Virus record (IMG/VR): IMGVR_UViG_3300004369_000851
Span: 1-54,755 of that record
Origin: a virus
Taxonomy: Duplodnaviria; Caudoviricetes
Direction: 5' to 3' (one strand)
DNA length: 54,755 nt
A program made the position numbers and the translations under genes. This document shows, piece by piece, positions 47,610 through 54,755 of this stretch (position 1 is the first letter of the stretch; each line of letters begins with the position of its first letter). The notes beneath the pieces were generated by a model. The model ran no database searches, was not told the origin of the DNA, and worked only from the letters and a program-made list of their open reading frames with translations.

Positions 47610-50003
47610 ATGGCACTTAAACCAATTAGAAAAATTATGTTTGACCCTAATGCCAAAAATGGGGACGGCGATTTTACGGTTCAGGACAACACCGCATTTG
47701 AAAGACCAGACCCACGAAGATCTGGGGTGGTTGGCGCCGTTAAATTCCAGACGCCTCAACTGCCACCAAGACCAGCATCGCAACGCCGCGAGGGGGGTGG
47801 GGGGCCTGCGTTTATCTCTCCAAATAGCATTAAGAAAAACGGAAGACTTAAAACTTCAGAAATTTTTGAAGAGCCCGCAATCAAGGCATTAGACGAAAAA
47901 CAACAACTAGCTTTTTTGGGTGTCTCCTCGTCGGTGTTAAAAAAATTAAAAGAAAAAGACTCATCCATAGATGGTTATCTTGCAGACAAAATAGCCATAA
48001 CAACATTCGGAAAGCACCCAATAGATATATGGGGAGATCTTTGGCTGGATGAACAAATTCTCAACCCACAAAAAAATAACAAGCCGCCAAGAATATTAAC
48101 TCAAAGAGAAGAAGAAGTTTTAGATCTTAGGGCCACTGGACTCAATGACACCCAAATATCCAAACGACTTGGTATAAGTGGAGAGAGAGTTCGTCAAATA
48201 AAACTGAGTGCCCTAAAAAAGAGAGATCAATTTTCCTTAATAGAAGACGATGAAATAGATAGAAAAATAAAACCACAAACGGCTAGATCTGTCGCCACTT
48301 CTATCTTTTTGGATACTGGCACAAGCCCAACTGGTTTATTGGGTCGCATGACAAGTGATGATCCAATAGATGACCCGATGTTTGAAAGCCCAGCAGAGCG
48401 AGAAGATCGAGAACAGGCGTTCGGTGACTTCGTTACTGAAACCCTGCTTGCACCCTGGGAACAGAGCTTCAGTGAAAGAGAAGGCCGGAACCCAACCGAA
48501 AATGAGTTTTTGGATCACATAGACTCACTTAAGCTTGACGAAGTTGCCAGCGACTTTGAATTAGAAACAGGTATTTCGGCGTGGGGTTTAGAATTTGACG
48601 AGGAAGGTAACGCGTTCACGGCCGAGTGGGCTCATGCTGGATTTGCGTCGGAAGATGAATACGACCAATGGTTTGACGGCCCAATGAGCGACATCATTGG
48701 AGAAACTCGACCTGGCAAAACACAGGGATCGCTTTTTGATGACAATAAATGGGAAGATTACAGAGAGAGCGCTCAATACACCACATATGGTGGCGATCAG
48801 GATTTGATAACTAGAAACTCGGAACAACATCAAAAGTTTGCTGAATGGACCGCAGGCAAGGATTGGAAACAGTTTCACAATTCGCATTTTGATTGGTGGG
48901 CTTTTCCTATTGACGAGATGTCCAACACATATGGTCAACAATTCGCAATCCCGCCAGAAACAATAACAAAACTTAGAGCAGACCGAGATTTCCAAAAAAA
49001 ACTAAGCGATAATTTAACAAATGCCGCAAGAGCCTATGGCTGGGATATTGCGGAGAAGAAGTGGATAGGCGACGACATAAGAGATGAGAGTCAGGTACCA
49101 GGACCCCTTAGTCAAATTCGTCTTTACAAAATGGCCAGATCGGCTCTTGTTCTTGGCCACTGCTCTCACTTTAGGTCGCTTCAGAGAATGTACGATAATT
49201 TAACATCGTTCGGTTGGTACAAAGGTCAGGACGAAGGTTTTTGGAGCAAGGATCACCCTTGCACGGAAGCGGGATCTAATGTAATCGGATCTATGGGTGG
49301 GAACAAGCCAGAGAATGTCACTGGGGCAATGGCTGCAGGGGATGTGATTGCCGCTAGAAAAAAAAGGTCAGCGTCAATCAAAAAAAAAATAATGAAGTCA
49401 TTATCAACACTTTTAAAAAACAATAAAGTATTGCCTTTTGATGCGGGAGATAAGGATAACTACAAAAGACTACGCGAAATGGGGGCATCTGTAAAATCAG
49501 CCAAACTGGCAACAAGTAAAACCCCAATTAGTTTGTCGGAATTTGCAGATCCAATAGTCGCAACAAGCAACTGCTTTGACGCGTCCGCCACGTTTGGTGG
49601 TCTACTTATTCAAAAGGGTATAGCAGAACAGGGTGAGGTTTGGTTGAGAGAGGTGGATGCACCTGGCTATGCCGATGACGCAGGAACGCACTATGTCGTC
49701 CATATTGGACCCAAAAACAGTAAAGATGCGATCATAGTTGACTTAACTTTAAGACAATTCTCCCCAGCTGCGGATTTTCCTTGGATCGGAACGGTGCAAG
49801 AATACAAAGAATTAGGATACAAGACACCAGCAAACGATCTAGACGAAATGAATTGGAACACAAACAATCCAGGAGACGAGCAGGTGGGGTGGCCCCCAAT
49901 TGGTACCCGTTTTGAAGAAATTAACCCAGATGGAAGCACGAATATGGTTGGGCTTAATTTTGGTGTACCGTATGAGGACGGGGATCTTAATGAAAAAAAA
50001 TAA
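47610..50003 (+). CDS. Polyvalent protein D: tag module, sigma70-r4/LuxR-like HTH, OGFr/DUF1810-like domain, papain/transglutaminase-like domain
   Basis: FDPNAKNGDGDFTVQDNTAFERP; LTQREEEVLDLR...LGISGERVRQI; HFDWWAFP; NCFDAS...THYVV...IVDLTLRQF. Confidence 0.7.
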   Translation: MALKPIRKIMFDPNAKNGDGDFTVQDNTAFERPDPRRSGVVGAVKFQTPQLPPRPASQRREGGGGPAFISPNSIKKNGRLKTSEIFEEPAIKALDEKQQLAFLGVSSSVLKKLKEKDSSIDGYLADKIAITTFGKHPIDIWGDLWLDEQILNPQKNNKPPRILTQREEEVLDLRATGLNDTQISKRLGISGERVRQIKLSALKKRDQFSLIEDDEIDRKIKPQTARSVATSIFLDTGTSPTGLLGRMTSDDPIDDPMFESPAEREDREQAFGDFVTETLLAPWEQSFSEREGRNPTENEFLDHIDSLKLDEVASDFELETGISAWGLEFDEEGNAFTAEWAHAGFASEDEYDQWFDGPMSDIIGETRPGKTQGSLFDDNKWEDYRESAQYTTYGGDQDLITRNSEQHQKFAEWTAGKDWKQFHNSHFDWWAFPIDEMSNTYGQQFAIPPETITKLRADRDFQKKLSDNLTNAARAYGWDIAEKKWIGDDIRDESQVPGPLSQIRLYKMARSALVLGHCSHFRSLQRMYDNLTSFGWYKGQDEGFWSKDHPCTEAGSNVIGSMGGNKPENVTGAMAAGDVIAARKKRSASIKKKIMKSLSTLLKNNKVLPFDAGDKDNYKRLREMGASVKSAKLATSKTPISLSEFADPIVATSNCFDASATFGGLLIQKGIAEQGEVWLREVDAPGYADDAGTHYVVHIGPKNSKDAIIVDLTLRQFSPAADFPWIGTVQEYKELGYKTPANDLDEMNWNTNNPGDEQVGWPPIGTRFEEINPDGSTNMVGLNFGVPYEDGDLNEKK

Positions 50004-50106
50004 CCTTAAAAGCGAATATGGTTCTGCTGGTTCTAGGGGTGTTTATTTTGCCCGGATTAAGCGCATATTAGATTTCAAAAAGAAAAACAAATAAATTAAG
50101 GACTAT

Positions 50107-50511
50107 ATGGATAACAGATTTTTTTACTCAGCAGAAGTCAAGAGGATCGTTGATGGGGACACCTTTGACTGCGTTATTGATCTGGGCTTTGATGTTTTAA
50201 TTAAATCCCGTGTTCGACTTTACGGGCTGAATACCCCGGAGTGTAGAACCAAAGATGCAGTCGAAAAAAAGATGGGCCTGAAAGCAAAGGCTTATGCAAC
50301 AGACTGGCTAACCGGACATAAATTTGTTTACATTAAAACAGTTTTGGACAAAACAGAAAAATATGGTCGCACGCTTGCCAATGTTTACTCATCTCCAAAC
50401 ATCGAAGATCCGACCACGGCTTGTCTAAATACGGATATGATTCAGTCAGGAAACGCCAGAGAATACTTTGGGATTGGAGATAAAACATGGACGGAATTCA
50501 AAACGAAATGA
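50107..50511 (+). CDS. Thermonuclease (SNase family)
   Basis: RIVDGDT, RVRLYGLNTPE, KYGRTLA. Confidence 0.93.
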   Translation: MDNRFFYSAEVKRIVDGDTFDCVIDLGFDVLIKSRVRLYGLNTPECRTKDAVEKKMGLKAKAYATDWLTGHKFVYIKTVLDKTEKYGRTLANVYSSPNIEDPTTACLNTDMIQSGNAREYFGIGDKTWTEFKTK

Positions 50512-50696
50512 TGGACGAAGCGCAATTTCAAGAAATAATGGGAGTACTCAACGGCATAGTTGAAAAGATTAAACAACTAGAAAACGCCGTTCAAAGAAAC
50601 TCGCCATCGGTAACACAGAGACTCGTGGGCATTGCCGACTCAAAATCAGGAACGCTGTCCTCGCTCCCGTCAATCAGTCGATTAACTTCTAAATAA
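50508..50696 (+). CDS. Small hypothetical protein
   Basis: ATGA-coupled to the nuclease gene; MMDEAQFQEIMG... Confidence 0.5.
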   Translation: MMDEAQFQEIMGVLNGIVEKIKQLENAVQRNSPSVTQRLVGIADSKSGTLSSLPSISRLTSK

Positions 50697-51846
50697 AATC
50701 GTCTTTTGCATCAAGCATATTTTGGCTGGTTTGCTCCGATGCCACCTGGATCGCATATGCTTTAGTTCCTGGCCCTATTGGGCTAACTGCCGTTATGTGG
50801 AATTCGTGCATTAAAATATTTCTAACCAACCAATGGATTGGGTACGCACGCGCATCCTTAATGTGTTTGCGCCTAAATTCCGAGGAAAAAGCCAGCGCCC
50901 TTCTGCGTAAGCCCGGTGTAGTGATGTTGTCATCAATACACATTTTTACCCCATCCCAACCAAACGACGCATATCTTTTTATTTGCACTTCAATATCAAA
51001 TTCTTTCCACCAAAAACGCTGAGCGTCAATGTGGGGGAAACACTCAACCAGACGGTCATAGAACTCTGGCTCCGTGGCAATCACATCACCAATACGCCTA
51101 ATTGCGACCGAATGCAAAGGTATCCCGACCCTTGAATTACTACCAGTTATTGCCGCCCAATCGTAATATTCGCAGTAACTGGCTTTGTGTTCGTCAATGA
51201 TGAACTTAAGCACATCATCGGTAGTCCAGTCGTATATTATTTTTGCAAACTTCAAAGGAATGCTTCTCTTCATTTTATACGGCGTTACGATATAACTTTC
51301 GTGTAGCTTTTGTACACACGACCGATATCTCATCATTGACTCATTTGCGCGAACACCCATGATGAATGCCGTGTTGCCTTTTTTACCCTGCATCGTGTAG
51401 TAATCCACGGATTGGGGGATTGCCGTTGATGGGTCAAGGCCAAAATGCTTGGCAGTTATTGCGTACGCTGGCATGTCCCTCACGAGACGGTTGTCTTTTC
51501 TTCTTTGTTCGGACCACAGCAAACAATATTCTCTTTGCCCCAAAACCCATATCTCTTGCCCCTGTGGCAAGCAATACCACTCCATATCAACCCAGTCGTA
51601 ATTCCTGACTTCCTCCAGAAACCGAACCACGGAGGGACTGACCATTTCTTCGTCTCGAAAAATCACCTTAACAGGGCCAAGGTTTCGTTCTTCGTGAATC
51701 TCTTTTGCTAAATACAAAACCGCAGTCGAGTCTTTTCCGCCAGAGAATTGAACACAGACCGTATCAAATGTGTCGTAAATGTGACGGATTCTTGCTCGAG
51801 CTGCTTCAACGCAATTTATGTCAAGAAAAAGACGTTGCCTGGTCAT
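50689..51846 (-). CDS. PAPS-reductase / PP-loop family protein (IbrA-like)
   Basis: VQFSGGKDS PP-loop, FRDEE, GVRANESMMR, IYDWTTDDV. Confidence 0.88.
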   Translation of the reverse strand: MTRQRLFLDINCVEAARARIRHIYDTFDTVCVQFSGGKDSTAVLYLAKEIHEERNLGPVKVIFRDEEMVSPSVVRFLEEVRNYDWVDMEWYCLPQGQEIWVLGQREYCLLWSEQRRKDNRLVRDMPAYAITAKHFGLDPSTAIPQSVDYYTMQGKKGNTAFIMGVRANESMMRYRSCVQKLHESYIVTPYKMKRSIPLKFAKIIYDWTTDDVLKFIIDEHKASYCEYYDWAAITGSNSRVGIPLHSVAIRRIGDVIATEPEFYDRLVECFPHIDAQRFWWKEFDIEVQIKRYASFGWDGVKMCIDDNITTPGLRRRALAFSSEFRRKHIKDARAYPIHWLVRNILMHEFHITAVSPIGPGTKAYAIQVASEQTSQNMLDAKDDFI

Positions 51847-51855
51847 TGTTGTCTA

Positions 51856-52590
51856 CTAGAAGTCAGCGTGTGCTTCAATGAATTCAATGACCTTGGATGC
51901 AGTTGTTTCCCCACCATAAACGGCGGACGATCTTAGGAATCTAATAAAGTCGTACCATTTTCTTTGCTGTTCTGCTGATTCAAAAACAAGAGTATATTGA
52001 ACTACTGATTTTTGCCCAACGCTGACTTGCGCTGCACCAATGGTTGATGCTTTATCTGGATCAATCTCAATATTGGTTTGCTCGTTTGCTTGTTCCGATG
52101 AAATCTCAATTGGTAATGGCTCAACAATGCTCGGTGGTAAATACCCTCTATCTTCTTGAAAGTCAACAATAGATAATTCTTCAAGCGCAGCAATCTCAAA
52201 TTCATCCCAGCCCAGATTAGCAATCAGATCTAGGTGGTCATCGGAAATCATAGCGATCATCGCCATTAAATCAGCAGAGTCCGTGGACCCCAAATCGCTG
52301 GTTCGGTTGTCTGCAAGCGAAAACGCCACGGCCGTGGTGTCGTCTTCGTTCATTTGGACAGCCGCAATCATGTCCCACCCAAGTTCTTTTGCAGCTTTTA
52401 CTTGATGGTTTCCAGCAAGAACGGTAAATGTCCCATTTTTGTTAGGTCGAACGACTATGGGTTTGACTTGTCCAAATTCAGAATACGAGGCGACTATTGC
52501 GTCAACATTGCCCCTTCGTGGATTGCCGTCAAGTGGAACAAGTTTGTCTATTGGAAGAAGAAGCGACTCAAGTGATTTATTAATCTTCAT
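51856..52590 (-). CDS. ParB/Srx N-terminal domain protein
   Basis: NPRRGNV...FGQVKPIVV...LAGNH...LADNRT. Confidence 0.88.
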   Translation of the reverse strand: MKINKSLESLLLPIDKLVPLDGNPRRGNVDAIVASYSEFGQVKPIVVRPNKNGTFTVLAGNHQVKAAKELGWDMIAAVQMNEDDTTAVAFSLADNRTSDLGSTDSADLMAMIAMISDDHLDLIANLGWDEFEIAALEELSIVDFQEDRGYLPPSIVEPLPIEISSEQANEQTNIEIDPDKASTIGAAQVSVGQKSVVQYTLVFESAEQQRKWYDFIRFLRSSAVYGGETTASKVIEFIEAHADF

Positions 52591-52783
52591 CCGTTACGAT
52601 CTCAATCATTTTCTTTTTTCTGACAGTCCCACGAAATCCGTGCATGTCGTGCGTCCTCATTGGGTGACCGACTGGCAGGCGACTGCGCTTTTTACCTGCT
52701 TTTGTACCAGAAACAATTTCTTTTTTTTGGTCTACGCTATTCCAGCGTTCGCGTTGTTGGGGTCCTGATTTTTTTTGAGCCAT
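52580..52783 (-). CDS. Small basic hypothetical protein
   Basis: 67 aa; TAGTCT-N6-ATG leaderless context. Confidence 0.55.
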   Translation of the reverse strand: MAQKKSGPQQRERWNSVDQKKEIVSGTKAGKKRSRLPVGHPMRTHDMHGFRGTVRKKKMIEIVTDED

Positions 52784-52814
52784 ACAGCAAGACTACCCAA
52801 ATATAGAGGCTGGT

Positions 52815-53075
52815 TCAGAAAGGGGATGGATCTCTATAATCTTTCCACCACTTTGAAAAGAATCGACCCTCAATAAAAATATCAACTGCGATCAGTGGAA
52901 TAACCATTGCGTAATAGCCAATCGCCACAACGACATACAGGCGGATGAGGGATCTCAGCAACACCATAACCCAACCTATGGGGCGTTGCTGCTGAACAAA
53001 TTTATACCCTATGTGGGCAACCAACTCAAGTACCCCAAGCAAAAGGCCGTTAATAATGATGTATGAAGTACTCAT
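52815..53075 (-). CDS. Small membrane protein
   Basis: 86 aa with two hydrophobic segments. Confidence 0.55.
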   Translation of the reverse strand: MSTSYIIINGLLLGVLELVAHIGYKFVQQQRPIGWVMVLLRSLIRLYVVVAIGYYAMVIPLIAVDIFIEGRFFSKWWKDYRDPSPF

Positions 53076-53080
53076 TTGAA

Positions 53081-53287
53081 TTAAACCAACTGACTCGTAC
53101 TTATCGTAAAGACGTCTGTACCTAATCGAATATTAGCCAAACCTTCTGACGTGTATTCCAAAAAGGTTGCATCAACGAATCCTGTTGTATAGCGCCTACT
53201 TTGGCCTTTTACAAAAACACCAAAGGACACTGGGACCATCACTGCTTCATCTTTTTGCCAAACTTTTTTAGCGGTTTTAGCGGTCAT
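53081..53287 (-). CDS. Hypothetical protein
   Basis: 68 aa in a tightly packed run of ORFs. Confidence 0.55.
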   Translation of the reverse strand: MTAKTAKKVWQKDEAVMVPVSFGVFVKGQSRRYTTGFVDATFLEYTSEGLANIRLGTDVFTISTSQLV

Positions 53288-53546
53288 GGTCGTGTGTTGT
53301 GAGGCTGTTTAAGTGTGAATCGCATATTGGGATATCCAACCTATTGGATTCTTTGACGGGCATCAGTGTCGCAGCTCCCTTACCGAATAGTTCGGGCTCG
53401 GTCTGGGCGGCGGCGTCAATGACCTCGCCAATCTGCAAGTTGTGAGATTTCTGTTCTCTGGTCACACGTCCTCTTTCTAGAGTTTCTTTGTCAAGAAGTT
53501 TGCTCATGTCTACTGTTGCCATTAATGAATCTACACCTACGCTCAT
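53277..53546 (-). CDS. Hypothetical protein
   Basis: 89 aa with AGGAG RBS. Confidence 0.6.
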   Translation of the reverse strand: MSVGVDSLMATVDMSKLLDKETLERGRVTREQKSHNLQIGEVIDAAAQTEPELFGKGAATLMPVKESNRLDIPICDSHLNSLTTHDHDR

Positions 53547-53577
53547 AGTGTTCTCCTGTTTTTTGTTGTGTTGATTG

Positions 53578-53757
53578 TTACTTCACTATCTTAATTAGCT
53601 CGATACTCTCGGGCAAGATATCTGTGGATTCGATGTGCTCGTAGATTGCTTCACGAATATCGCATGTTAAGGCATAAATAATTATGTCTCGCAAATCGGT
53701 TGGGTCGTAATCAATACGCTTTGTACCGAGGTTGGTGTTGATGTAGATCTGCTTCAT
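53578..53757 (-). CDS. Hypothetical protein
   Basis: Manual translation, 59 aa, MKQIYINTNLGTKRIDYD...; AAGGAG RBS. Confidence 0.55.
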   Translation of the reverse strand: MKQIYINTNLGTKRIDYDPTDLRDIIIYALTCDIREAIYEHIESTDILPESIELIKIVK

Positions 53758-53789
53758 CTGCTCTCCTTGTGTTGCCTACCACTCTATCG

Positions 53790-53862
53790 TGGGCCCGGTG
53801 GGGTTCGAACCCACGGCCAAGGCATTATGAGTGCCCTGCTCTAACCGCTGAGCTACAGGCCC
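53790..53862 (-). tRNA. tRNA with CAU anticodon, most likely tRNA-Ile2
   Basis: GGGCCTGTAGCTCAGCGGTTAGAGCAGGGCACTCATAATGCCTTGGCCGTGGGTTCGAACCCCACCGGGCCCA; full cloverleaf; paired G1-C72 excludes an initiator; CCA not encoded. Confidence 0.9.
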
Positions 53863-53868
53863 TATCAA

Positions 53869-54222
53869 CTAACGACCACGCCTTCTTCTCATCTGATGCT
53901 CGAGCATTCTTTCACTTTTTTCGTATTCTTTTTTCTTGCGTCTTTTGGCTGCATCTTTCAACTCTTTTTGTCGTGTATGTCTCCAGCCACGCTCTTCGCT
54001 ATGAAACATTACGTCTTGATGGTCAGCACAAAATTCAACATTATGCTCTTTAATACTTGAAACATAATTTTTGCATTTTCTCAAATTTTTTTTCTTGCTG
54101 ATTGAGTAGAACTTGCACTTTTCCGGACCCGTATTTGGTGGACGAAATGAACCAACAATGGAGCCACCATTTTTTGCACCGTGTTTTTCACGATTTATTT
54201 TGTCCCAATTCATTTTTGACAT
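53869..54222 (-). CDS. Basic hypothetical protein with Cys/His cluster
   Basis: 117 aa; C...C...FCADH possible zinc finger. Confidence 0.55.
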   Translation of the reverse strand: MSKMNWDKINREKHGAKNGGSIVGSFRPPNTGPEKCKFYSISKKKNLRKCKNYVSSIKEHNVEFCADHQDVMFHSEERGWRHTRQKELKDAAKRRKKKEYEKSERMLEHQMRRRRGR

Positions 54223-54227
54223 TTATT

Positions 54228-54554
54228 TTACTCCTGAGGGTATGTTTCATCCCACCATTCGACCAGAGTTAGTTTTTTGTTTTTGTATCGCTCTCGAGCA
54301 AATTTCTCAATATCTTGGAGCGACATCGCTGAGTACAACAATGCGAAATCAAGCCCGGTAAAACCATGGGTGGGCACGAATGCATAAGTTTCCGCTTCCT
54401 TACCGTTATAGGCTTCGAGAATGTAGACACCCTTTTGAAGTCGTACGGGTTTTTCCCAATCCCCCAATTGGACAGCGGACGTGAATCCAGATGGCAGCTT
54501 CCCCCCGTTGGTGACTTTTAGATTGGTGATTTTTGTCTTTTTTTGTTTGGCCAT
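54228..54554 (-). CDS. Hypothetical protein
   Basis: 108 aa with AGGAGGAG RBS. Confidence 0.65.
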   Translation of the reverse strand: MAKQKKTKITNLKVTNGGKLPSGFTSAVQLGDWEKPVRLQKGVYILEAYNGKEAETYAFVPTHGFTGLDFALLYSAMSLQDIEKFARERYKNKKLTLVEWWDETYPQE

Positions 54555-54755
54555 TAAATGACTCCTCCTTCACGCTTATTCAGGCTCTATATTTTCTTGA
54601 TTGCTCATTTAACAATGATACGGCATTGGCATTTAGTTGTTCCAATTTCATGCTACTTTCTCCTTTTTAAATGTGTCGCTCAAAAACCAAAAAAATATGC
54701 GTACAAGACAAATGATTGTAACGCAGAAATTCAAAGCAACTACAGTCGCAATCAT

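Noticed and set aside
18671-49331. The VVGAM-type motif as internal translation starts (G-rich SD plus ATG)
   Set aside because: Codons vary synonymously, there is no consistent SD at a fixed spacing, and two copies end in Phe (TTC) or Val (GTT). A protein-level signal fits better, although internal starts at individual sites are not excluded.
14343-49939. Many short antisense or alternative-frame ORFs inside the head-module genes
   Set aside because: Fully nested in long motif-supported ORFs, with no recognisable protein features.
53769-54361. Plus-strand ORFs over the tRNA region
   Set aside because: Antisense to the tRNA and to the minus-strand ORFs.

Overview
This window is part of a large tailed dsDNA phage genome with a contractile tail and an HK97-fold head. 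An actinobacterial host is inferred from leaderless starts and gene content. The left arm (- strand, 1-14095) holds a truncated tape measure, a tail chaperone with a -1 frameshift, tail tube, sheath, neck genes, a ParB/IbrB-like gene, RuvC-like, HNH, RecB-like and Rad52-like recombination genes, and the terminase large subunit. The head module (+ strand, 14171-50700) is greatly expanded: a portal-MuF fusion, an 860-aa prohead protease, about 26 kb of extra genes including three giant ORFs (2435, 2053 and 2372 aa), a lytic transglycosylase, the major capsid protein, a 797-aa multidomain ORF and a thermonuclease. The right end (- strand) has a PAPS-reductase/ParB pair, small ORFs and a tRNA(CAU). 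The main observation is a linker motif, (G)-[VLAI]-[VTIRL]-G-[ARKSQV]-M, which I count 21 times by eye in four head-module proteins. It sits at the boundaries between effector-like domains: two zincins, an ADP-ribosyltransferase, HTHs, a J-domain, HicA-like, Nudix, Zeta-toxin kinase and a papain-like domain. Two short tag modules are also shared between these proteins. This suggests a virion-packaged polyprotein effector system that is cut at a dedicated site. All domain calls come from motif recognition by eye; no searches were run.
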